DNA from: PVC group bacterium
GTDB taxonomy: Bacteria; Auribacterota; Erginobacteria; Erginobacterales; Erginobacteraceae
Assembly (NCBI GenBank): GCA_043804695.1
Contig: JAZDIV010000043.1
Coordinates: forward strand, 9,027 to 73,026
Length of the DNA stretch: 64,000 nucleotides
Direction: 5' to 3'
The translations under genes and the position numbers were made by a program. Shown here one piece after another: positions 42,708 to 49,943 of this stretch. The number at the start of each line of letters is the position of its first letter. Positions within the stretch are counted from its first letter, which is position 1. Below the pieces are notes generated by a model, which was not told where the DNA came from, did no database searches, and was given only the letters and a program-made list of their open reading frames with translations.

Positions 42708-44123
42708 ATGAACGTCCTGTTGATCAATCCTCCCTTCGATCCGGAGGAATCGGTCGGGGAGAGCAGATCGGTCCGTTTTGTCCTCAACATCACGCCCCCT
42801 TTAGGGCTGGCTTACCTGGGAGCGGTTTTGGAGCGGGCGGGACACCAGGTCCGGATCGTCGATTACACCGCCCGCTCCCCCTATCCTCCCCTCCCCAAGA
42901 TTATTCAGGAGTTCGAGCCGAACTTAATCGGCCTGACCGCTACCACCCCCTCATTTGAGAGCGCCTGCCGTCTGACCCGGGAACTCCGTAAACTCCGCCC
43001 CGGCACCCCTCTTATGCTGGGGGGCGCCCACGTCACCTGCGCCCCAGAATCGGCAATGAAGAGCGGACTTTTCCAGGCTGGTGTGCTCGGCGAGGGGGAG
43101 GAGACGGTGGTCGAGCTGGCGAAGCATCTGGAAGATGGACGTTTCGTCAATCTTCATCGCGTGTCGGGCATCATTTTCTCCGAGGACGGGGATTGGCGCC
43201 GGACTCCCCCCCGTCCTTTTATCCTGGACCTCGACTCCCTCCCCTTCCCCGCCTATCACCTCCTCCCACCTTTGAGATACTACCACCCGACACCGGCATC
43301 CTACCGGCAGCTCCCGGTCGGGATCCTGATGACCAGCCGGGGCTGTCCTTTCAAGTGTACTTTCTGCGACCGGGCTATCTTCGGCAACACCACTCGCTTT
43401 CACAACACGCAAAGAGTGCTGGACGAGGTTGAGTGGATGCTCAATGAAGTGGGGGCGAGAGAGATTCGCTTCTTCGACGACACTTTTACACTAAAACGGG
43501 AACGGGCGGCCGGGATCTGCGACGGAATCCTGGAACGGGGACTGAAGTTCCCCTGGACCTGCCTGACCGCCGTCAGGGCGGTCACCCCGGAACTGCTCCG
43601 TAAAATGAAAGCGGCCGGCTGCTGGCAGGTCCTCTATGGGTTGGAGTCCGGCGACGACCGGATGCTTAAGCTATTGGGAAAGGGGAACACCGTCGAAGAG
43701 AACCTCAACGCCATCCGGTGGGCCAGGGAAGCAGGGCTGGAGGTGCGGGGGGACTTCATCGTGGGAACACCGGGGGAGACGATGGAGAGCCTGGAGCGAA
43801 CGCTCCGCTTTACCTTGGAGACGGGCCTTGATTACGCCCATTTCAACAAGTTCACGCCCTTCCCCGGGACCGAACTCTACCACCGGCTGGTGGCGGATGG
43901 GTACTCCTTCGACTTCACTCGGGGATGCAGCATCCTCGATCACGGGGCGCTCCTCTTTGTTCCGAAGTCACTCGACCGGGAGGAGTACCGCCGCTGGCTC
44001 GACCGGGCCTTCAAGAAATTCTACCTGCGCCCTTCCCACATCCTAAAGCGGCTGATGGCGATCCGGACCTGGACCCAGCTTCGGGGGCAGGCCCGGGGCG
44101 CCTTCGCCATCGCCAGTCTATAG
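42708..44123 (+). CDS. B12-binding-domain (class B) radical SAM enzyme
   Basis: 471 aa. The N-terminus MNVLLINPPFD...PPLGLAYLGAVLERAGHQVRIVDY is cobalamin-binding-domain-like, and TSRGCPFKCTFCD provides the CxxxCxxC motif. Confidence 0.85.
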   Translation: MNVLLINPPFDPEESVGESRSVRFVLNITPPLGLAYLGAVLERAGHQVRIVDYTARSPYPPLPKIIQEFEPNLIGLTATTPSFESACRLTRELRKLRPGTPLMLGGAHVTCAPESAMKSGLFQAGVLGEGEETVVELAKHLEDGRFVNLHRVSGIIFSEDGDWRRTPPRPFILDLDSLPFPAYHLLPPLRYYHPTPASYRQLPVGILMTSRGCPFKCTFCDRAIFGNTTRFHNTQRVLDEVEWMLNEVGAREIRFFDDTFTLKRERAAGICDGILERGLKFPWTCLTAVRAVTPELLRKMKAAGCWQVLYGLESGDDRMLKLLGKGNTVEENLNAIRWAREAGLEVRGDFIVGTPGETMESLERTLRFTLETGLDYAHFNKFTPFPGTELYHRLVADGYSFDFTRGCSILDHGALLFVPKSLDREEYRRWLDRAFKKFYLRPSHILKRLMAIRTWTQLRGQARGAFAIASL

Positions 44124-44233
44124 GTGTCGCGTCTTGACATTGGACATTACTTTCCACCTTCAATTTTATCCGATAGAATATGAATCAAAACCTGGAAAAT
44201 ATCTTGTAATGTCCAATGTCAAGACGCGACACC
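44123..44233. repeat. Inverted doublet of the REP-like 25/28-mer (copies C and D) filling a convergent intergenic gap
   Basis: Copy C at 44123..44150 and copy D at 44206..44233 are exact inverted copies (ggtgtcgcgtcttgacattggacattac) with a 55-nt spacer. The doublet starts at the last base of the radical SAM TAG and ends 4 nt before the murB stop. Confidence 0.9.
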
Positions 44234-44237
44234 TATA

Positions 44238-45074
44238 TTATCGCCAGATTATTAACTCCAATTCCAGATCAATTCCGGATCTGTCTTTGACCTTTCTCCG
44301 GGCCAGTTGAATCAATTCTTCTACTTCAGCGAACCGGGCGGAACCCCGGTTGACGATAATGTTGGCGTGCTTATCCGATATCTGGGCGTCCCCGATCCTT
44401 TTCCCTTTCAATCCCGCCGCCTCAATCAACCGTCCGGCGTAATCACCGGCAGGATTCTTGAAGACCGACCCGGCGCTGGGGTACTCGAGCGGGAGGAACT
44501 TTTTTCTTTGGCTGAGAACGTCCTTCATCTCTGATTGAATCGCGACCGGATCCCCGGGACAAAGGCTGAACTCCACCTCCAGGATCACTCCCCCCTCCTT
44601 TTGAAAACGGCTGGAACGGTAACCAAACCGGCATTGATCGGCTTTCATCTCTCTCTCCCCGACGCAGGGCTGATGGACCCGGACCCTGCGGACAACCCCG
44701 GAGACCTCCTCCCCTCTCCAGCCGGCGTTCATCACCGCCGCCCCCCCGACCGTCCCCGGAATGCCGGCCGCGAACTCCAGCCCCGATAACCCCCTCTCCG
44801 CCGCCGCCTGGGCGAGCCGGGTTAACGCCATCCCGGCCGGTGCCGTCACCCGGGTCCCCTGAAAGGCCAGATCTTCGGGCCGCCATTTCGGTTTAATGAC
44901 AACGCCTTCCACTCCCCGATCGTCCGCCAGCAGGTTGGTTCCTCCTCCCAGGATCCGGAAAGAGAGGTTTCTTTCGCTCAGCAGATCGAGGCACCTGATG
45001 AGATTGTCTCTGTCGGCGGGGATGATGAAGATCTCCACCGGCCCGCCGATGGCGAGGGATGTATGCTTCCGCAT
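44238..45074 (-). CDS. murB: UDP-N-acetylenolpyruvoylglucosamine reductase (MurB)
   Basis: Motifs are HTSLAIGGPVEIF, ILGGGTNLL, GLEFAAGIPGTVGGAAVMNAG and SAGSVFKNP...AGLKGKRIGDAQISDKHANIIVN. The track start at 45140 reads through a REP copy (SNVQCQDATPG), so I prefer ATG 45074 (MRKHTSLAIGG). Confidence 0.85.
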   Translation of the reverse strand: MRKHTSLAIGGPVEIFIIPADRDNLIRCLDLLSERNLSFRILGGGTNLLADDRGVEGVVIKPKWRPEDLAFQGTRVTAPAGMALTRLAQAAAERGLSGLEFAAGIPGTVGGAAVMNAGWRGEEVSGVVRRVRVHQPCVGEREMKADQCRFGYRSSRFQKEGGVILEVEFSLCPGDPVAIQSEMKDVLSQRKKFLPLEYPSAGSVFKNPAGDYAGRLIEAAGLKGKRIGDAQISDKHANIIVNRGSARFAEVEELIQLARRKVKDRSGIDLELELIIWR

Positions 45075-45084
45075 CTCCTCGCCC

Positions 45085-45186
45085 GGTGTCGCGTCTTGAC
45101 ATTGGACATTACTTAAGATGCTTTGTATATCTTTGCTCATGAGTACCTATTTGAAGCGGTAATGTCCAATGTCAAGACGCGACACC
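45085..45186. repeat. Inverted doublet of the REP-like 25/28-mer (copies E and F) at the junction of two co-directional genes
   Basis: Copy E at 45085..45112 and copy F at 45159..45186 are exact inverted copies with a 46-nt spacer. Copy F encodes the last residues (VSRLDIGHY) of 45147..46895, and copy E lies in the apparent 5' extension of murB. Confidence 0.9.
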
Positions 45187-46895
45187 GTTTCCAGGTCGAT
45201 TATCCATTCCGCTTGATCAGGATCAAAAGAGAAGGCCCTCAGCTCGGATGGTGAAAATACCCACTGATACGTTCCCTTCATGAACCGGGCCATGTCATGG
45301 TTCCAGCAGAGAGGAGGAAGGCTCCGGGCGATGGCGTCATCAATATAGATCGGCCGCTCCGGGCTGATCCGGCCGTCCCCGATCCCGGCTTTGATATTCG
45401 AAAGCATCCGGTCCAGAGGAGCCAGCTGTTGATTGACCACCGAGAGATGGGCGGTCAGGAAAAGAAGGTTGAGCGCCGCTACCAGAGCTAACAAGAGATA
45501 GAGGAGATTCCGCATCCGGGGAAGGGCTCTTACCAGCCGGTCGGCGGCCAGGAGCGCGATCAGGATCACCAGGGCATTGGAAATATATTGATATCTGAAC
45601 TGCCGGAGAACGTAGATCGGCAGGTTGGTGGCCATCCGCCCATGATACAAGGCGAAGGTCGAGCTCAACAGCAGATAGAGCGAGAACACGAAAGGGCCGG
45701 GGTTGCGCGGGCGACGCTTTTTCCAGAGGAGAAAGAGCCCTCCGATGGCAAAGAGGATGATCAGACCGCCGGCGACCGCCAGAAACCGGTTGATCTCCGG
45801 GACGGCGTCCCGCCAGAGGCTGTCCAGATCGACCGCCTTGGAGATGATCAGCGGCGGCGCGACCAGGAGATTGACCGGCCCGTCCGAGCGGCTGGCGAGC
45901 AGGTCCCGCAGGACCGGGCTGGCTTTCAAAAAAACCCCTCCCTTTCCGATATTGTCCTGAATGAGCGCCGGGCAGGTGAGAAAGGGAGCGATGTTGGCAA
46001 TAACCCCGTTGAAGACGAGGCTGACCGCCGTCACGGCGAGGCTGAACCCGATCGCAGAAAGGGAGAAGAAGGCCGCCGGTTCGGCGGCCGGAACGGTCAC
46101 CGCGCTTCGGGAGCGGGCAAAGGCCATGATCAAACCGTAAAAAAGATAGAGTCCGCCGACCGCCATCATAGAAGCCCGGAGCATCGCCCGGAACCGTTCT
46201 GGTCCCCCCTCCGGTCTCCGGCGGGCAAAGAAAAGAATAAAGACCGCCGCCGGCCAGGGGATGAATACCTCGTAGCAGAGGAGGCCCGGGAGAAACAGAA
46301 GAACGGCGATCAGCAGGTCTTCCAACCGTCCGGAGCGAAGGTATCTCCGGTAAGCGAGAAACCCCAGCAAGAAAAGGCAGAAACCGACGATCACGGCAAG
46401 GTGGAACGTCCAGGCAACAATATCGAAGTGAGAGAAGAGAAAGGCGAAAACAGCCAGGAAGGACATGGTTATCGCTCTCCCGCATCCGAAACGGCGGGCG
46501 ACACAATACATCAGGACTATGCTGAAACAGTAAAAACCGAAGGTCACGGCATGGAACCAGAAATAGCGGGCCCCGAAGAAGAGGTGGAGGGAGTACAGAA
46601 CCAGATGAAAGAGAGGCCGATAGGTCCCGTGCCCCCAGACATCATAGTTCGCGATGTTAACAATCCGTTCGAGAGCGGTTAGATTCTGATAGCCGTGAAA
46701 ATGGTAGAAAAGACACCAGTAATCGCTTCGGGGGGGGTTGGAGAATGTCGGAAGGAAAATGATCAGCAAGGCCCCGAAGAGGAAGAGAAAATAGACCGCA
46801 ACAACCAACTGATTCCGGGATGCTGTTTTCTTCACCCTGTAACCTCTTTTGTCTTTCGCGCTTCCGATGACGGACACGGTGGGGCACAACAGCAC
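45147..46895 (-). CDS. Polytopic membrane protein, putative GT-C-fold glycosyltransferase (family C, copy 3)
   Basis: Motifs are FSNPPRSDYW, YDVWGHGTYRPLFHLVLYSLHLFFG and LCWNHDM...GTYQWVFS. The C-terminal 12 aa are REP-derived. The start is either GTG 46895 or GTG 46835, which is preceded by AGAGG. Confidence 0.55.
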   Translation of the reverse strand: MLLCPTVSVIGSAKDKRGYRVKKTASRNQLVVAVYFLFLFGALLIIFLPTFSNPPRSDYWCLFYHFHGYQNLTALERIVNIANYDVWGHGTYRPLFHLVLYSLHLFFGARYFWFHAVTFGFYCFSIVLMYCVARRFGCGRAITMSFLAVFAFLFSHFDIVAWTFHLAVIVGFCLFLLGFLAYRRYLRSGRLEDLLIAVLLFLPGLLCYEVFIPWPAAVFILFFARRRPEGGPERFRAMLRASMMAVGGLYLFYGLIMAFARSRSAVTVPAAEPAAFFSLSAIGFSLAVTAVSLVFNGVIANIAPFLTCPALIQDNIGKGGVFLKASPVLRDLLASRSDGPVNLLVAPPLIISKAVDLDSLWRDAVPEINRFLAVAGGLIILFAIGGLFLLWKKRRPRNPGPFVFSLYLLLSSTFALYHGRMATNLPIYVLRQFRYQYISNALVILIALLAADRLVRALPRMRNLLYLLLALVAALNLLFLTAHLSVVNQQLAPLDRMLSNIKAGIGDGRISPERPIYIDDAIARSLPPLCWNHDMARFMKGTYQWVFSPSELRAFSFDPDQAEWIIDLETVSRLDIGHYRFK

Positions 46896-46903
46896 CGGGG
46901 ACG

Positions 46904-48310
46904 CTACAGGTACCCGAGCGCCTTCAGCTGCTTCTTCAATTCTTCACTGGGCGGGGGAGGCTCGACAACTTTCTCAAGCCCCCGGGTAAATTTGTATTTT
47001 TCCGCCTTCGCTTCCTCCGCGGCCTTTCGCATCTTCTTTAACACTTCCGGTTTTTCGCCGGCCAGGTTTTTCTGTTCATGGGGGTCCTTTTCCGGATCAA
47101 AGAGCCATTCCGGTACACCTTGATATTTTTTGTCAGCATAAACATACCCGTCCTTATAGAACCTGAGTTCGTACCCCTTCCCCGCATGGTTGCTGACGAT
47201 CAGAGGATGATAGAAACCTTCGCCGGCAAGAAGCGGCAAAAAGGAAATTCCCTGTTTTCCGGGGGGGAGTGGGCTATCTGCCATCTGGCAGATCAGGGGC
47301 ATCAGGTCCACCAGACGAACATATGAGTCTATCCTCTTCCCGGCATATTTGCCTCCGGGAAACTTTATCACCAACGGTACGTGGAGGTGCTCGATAAAAA
47401 GGGTCCCATGCCCCTTCGAGCCATGCTCGTAAAACTCCTCCCCGTGGTCCGATGTCAGGATAATCATCGAGTCCTTGTATATTCCTTTCTGTTTAAGCAA
47501 CTCCACGGTCTTACGGAAGAGATGATCCGCTATTAATATCCCCCCGTCGTAGAGCGCGACCAAGTGGGCCCGCTGCCGGGGATCCGATATGTCCACCATT
47601 TTCCAGAACTCGGAATTATCTTTCAGCTGCTCTCTGGTGAGGTCCCCGGGTCCGGTCGGTAGCCCCTCAACCGGTTCCTTGAGGACTGCGCACCGTAGTG
47701 CTCGCGGACCGTGGAGGTACGGGACATGGCAGAAATAATGGTGGAGAAAGAGAAAGAGCGGCTTACCGGCCTCCCGACTTCGGTCTATCCAGTAGTTGAT
47801 CTCGGGAGGGATTTCACCCGGCCGAGTTGAGTCCAGATTGAAGTCCTTTTCGTAGTAATCGAATCCTGTATCGAAGCCGTGACCGGCATCAACATTCCCG
47901 CCCCCATGAATACCGACGGTCATATAGCCGTGATCGCGGAGAACCTCCGCCAAGGTGGGGTTTAAAGGCGCTAACCGTTGATTTTTTCCTCCCGTGTAAT
48001 TGCTTACTCCGTGCACGTCAGGCAACAGGGCGGTGAAGATAGACATATGGGAGGGGGCGGTATGCGCGGACTGGCTGATCACATGCTCAAATAAAACCCC
48101 GTCATTCACGAAACTGTCAATGAACGGTGAAGTTTCTCTTTCATATCCGTAACAGCCCAGGTGATCGGCCCGCAGCGTGTCGATGGAGAACAAAATAATA
48201 TCAGGTGGAGGCGGGGGGTGGTCTTCCGAATAGGAAGACAATGGGGACAGGGACAGGAGGCAGGATGCCAGTGACAACACGATGACCTTACCATTTCGCC
48301 AAGTGAACAT
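46904..48310 (-). CDS. Secreted sulfatase-like alkaline-phosphatase-superfamily enzyme lacking the C/S-x-P-x-R formylglycine motif
   Basis: 468 aa with a signal peptide. The N-terminal region is ILFSIDTLRADHLGCYGY. The nucleophile position reads AHTAPSHMSIFTALLPDVHGV (T-x-P-x-H instead of C/S-x-P-x-R). Confidence 0.7.
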   Translation of the reverse strand: MFTWRNGKVIVLSLASCLLSLSPLSSYSEDHPPPPPDIILFSIDTLRADHLGCYGYERETSPFIDSFVNDGVLFEHVISQSAHTAPSHMSIFTALLPDVHGVSNYTGGKNQRLAPLNPTLAEVLRDHGYMTVGIHGGGNVDAGHGFDTGFDYYEKDFNLDSTRPGEIPPEINYWIDRSREAGKPLFLFLHHYFCHVPYLHGPRALRCAVLKEPVEGLPTGPGDLTREQLKDNSEFWKMVDISDPRQRAHLVALYDGGILIADHLFRKTVELLKQKGIYKDSMIILTSDHGEEFYEHGSKGHGTLFIEHLHVPLVIKFPGGKYAGKRIDSYVRLVDLMPLICQMADSPLPPGKQGISFLPLLAGEGFYHPLIVSNHAGKGYELRFYKDGYVYADKKYQGVPEWLFDPEKDPHEQKNLAGEKPEVLKKMRKAAEEAKAEKYKFTRGLEKVVEPPPPSEELKKQLKALGYL

Positions 48311-48695
48311 GGTTAATACATGAGCGCCTGAGGCTCAACCTCGTAGCGCAGCCCTTCATGGCTGCCCATATCAGGCAGGGCTCCCTTCAGCAAGCTCAGG
48401 GTTTTCGGAATGCCCTCCACTGTGTCAATTATTGAAATCCCGAAGCGGCACATTATCGCAGACGGCATAATGAATTATAGCATACGAGGGGCAGCCATTT
48501 TTATGCCGGCCCCGTTTAATATCGGCAATCCACTGAACATCCCTGATCACGGCTGATGGCCTCATGAACAGAAGTTTTGCTTTACCTCCCACCGGGAATG
48601 ATGGTATAAAAATAATACTTTTTAAAAGCATTGATTTCAATCATTCGTCCACCGGACCTGGTAGAAGAACATACCAGATATCGGTATGACGTGAA

Positions 48696-49943
48696 ATGCT
48701 AAAGATCATAAAGGATAGCACTATGCCGTCAGCATTTACATTCGTCACGACCGCCGGAATGATCCTCCTCTTCTGGACGGGGGCGAACACGCCGATCAAC
48801 GCGAAGTCCGGTCCGGCTCCCGCGTCGAATACGAGCCAGGAGATCATACGGACTCAGATCGGCACGCTCCCTTATCTGCACGGCTACAAGCCTTCTCCCC
48901 TCAAGACCGGAGTAATACTGTACGACCGGAGCCGGGCATACCAGGGACTGAACCTTTACGTATCCGGGGGCAAACCCCCGGTCATCTTGACGGACATGGA
49001 GGGGAACGTACTCCATCATTGGGAGAATCGGCTGCCGGCGCCGGATTTAAAAGACGCCATTTTCAGGCATGGCCGCCTCTTCGCCAACGGGGATCTGCTG
49101 GTGATATTGGAGGACAGGGGCTTGCTGAAGATGGATAAGGATTCTAACACCGTCTGGTTCCTGCCCGGCCGATACCATCATGATTTTTCCATCGCCGAAG
49201 ATGGGGACATCTATGTACTGAAGCGGCGGGAGGCCGAGATCGACCTGGGATGGATGGATCTGAAGGGTCCTTTTACAGAGGATTATGTCGTCATCATCAG
49301 CCCGGAAGGGGTGGAGAAAAAGAGTATTTCGCTTTTGGAATGCTTCCTGCACTCGGATTACAGCCCGGTGCTCCTTAACATTCGATTAGAGGAACACCAG
49401 GGGGATAACTTTCACACCAACACCCTGGAGCTTATCCCCGGGTCGGCTGGTGAACGCTTTCTCCCATTCCAAAAAGGGCATGCTCTGATTTCATTGCGTA
49501 ACCTTCACACCATTGCCGTGGTCGATCTTCCCGGGGAAAAAGTCACCTGGGCGCTCTCCGGGATGTGGGCCCACCAGCATCACCCGACACTGCTCCCCAA
49601 CGGGAATATATTGCTTTTCGACAATCTGGGGTTGAAAGGGACATCGCAGGTCCTCGAGTTTGATCCTTCCACGCAGAAGGTTGCCTGGGCGTATCGGGGA
49701 AACACGGACAACGGGTTCCGGACCGAGGACATGGGCTTTCAGCAGCGTCTGCCGAACGGGAACACGTTGATCACGGAGTCCCGCGACGGTCGGGTTTTCG
49801 AGGTCACGCCCGATAATGTGATCGTCTGGGAGTTCATCAACCCCCAGCGGGCCGCAGCCGACGACAGCCTGATTGCAGCTGTTTACGAGATGGAGCGCCT
49901 CCATCCCGATGAACTTGCCTTCCTTGGTGAAAACAACCGTTAA
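48696..49943 (+). CDS. Arylsulfotransferase (ASST)-like beta-propeller protein, secreted
   Basis: 415 aa with an N-terminal hydrophobic signal. HHDFSIAEDGDIYVL, FHTNTLELIPG, HQHHPTLLPNGNILLFDN and PNGNTLITESRDGRVFEV resemble the ASST family. ATG 48723 is an alternative start. Confidence 0.55.
   Translation: MLKIIKDSTMPSAFTFVTTAGMILLFWTGANTPINAKSGPAPASNTSQEIIRTQIGTLPYLHGYKPSPLKTGVILYDRSRAYQGLNLYVSGGKPPVILTDMEGNVLHHWENRLPAPDLKDAIFRHGRLFANGDLLVILEDRGLLKMDKDSNTVWFLPGRYHHDFSIAEDGDIYVLKRREAEIDLGWMDLKGPFTEDYVVIISPEGVEKKSISLLECFLHSDYSPVLLNIRLEEHQGDNFHTNTLELIPGSAGERFLPFQKGHALISLRNLHTIAVVDLPGEKVTWALSGMWAHQHHPTLLPNGNILLFDNLGLKGTSQVLEFDPSTQKVAWAYRGNTDNGFRTEDMGFQQRLPNGNTLITESRDGRVFEVTPDNVIVWEFINPQRAAADDSLIAAVYEMERLHPDELAFLGENNR

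Noticed and set aside
45075-45140. 22-codon N-terminal extension of murB (MSKDIQSILSNVQCQDATPGEE)
   Set aside because: Half of it is encoded by REP copy E. MurB-like conservation begins at MRKHTSLAIGG, so ATG 45074 is preferred.
37569-45186. Possibility that the tandem 9-mers or the six 25-nt repeats represent a CRISPR array
   Set aside because: The 9-mers are contiguous with no spacers. The 25-mers occur as inverted pairs, not direct repeats, with irregular spacing (46 nt, 55 nt, 995 nt and kilobases). No cas genes are present.
48425-48847. Two short minus-strand ORFs (71 and 68 aa) in the divergent region between the sulfatase-like and ASST-like genes
   Set aside because: They have no motifs or ribosome-binding sites, and one overlaps the ASST-like gene start. 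The region is more plausibly promoter and leader sequence.
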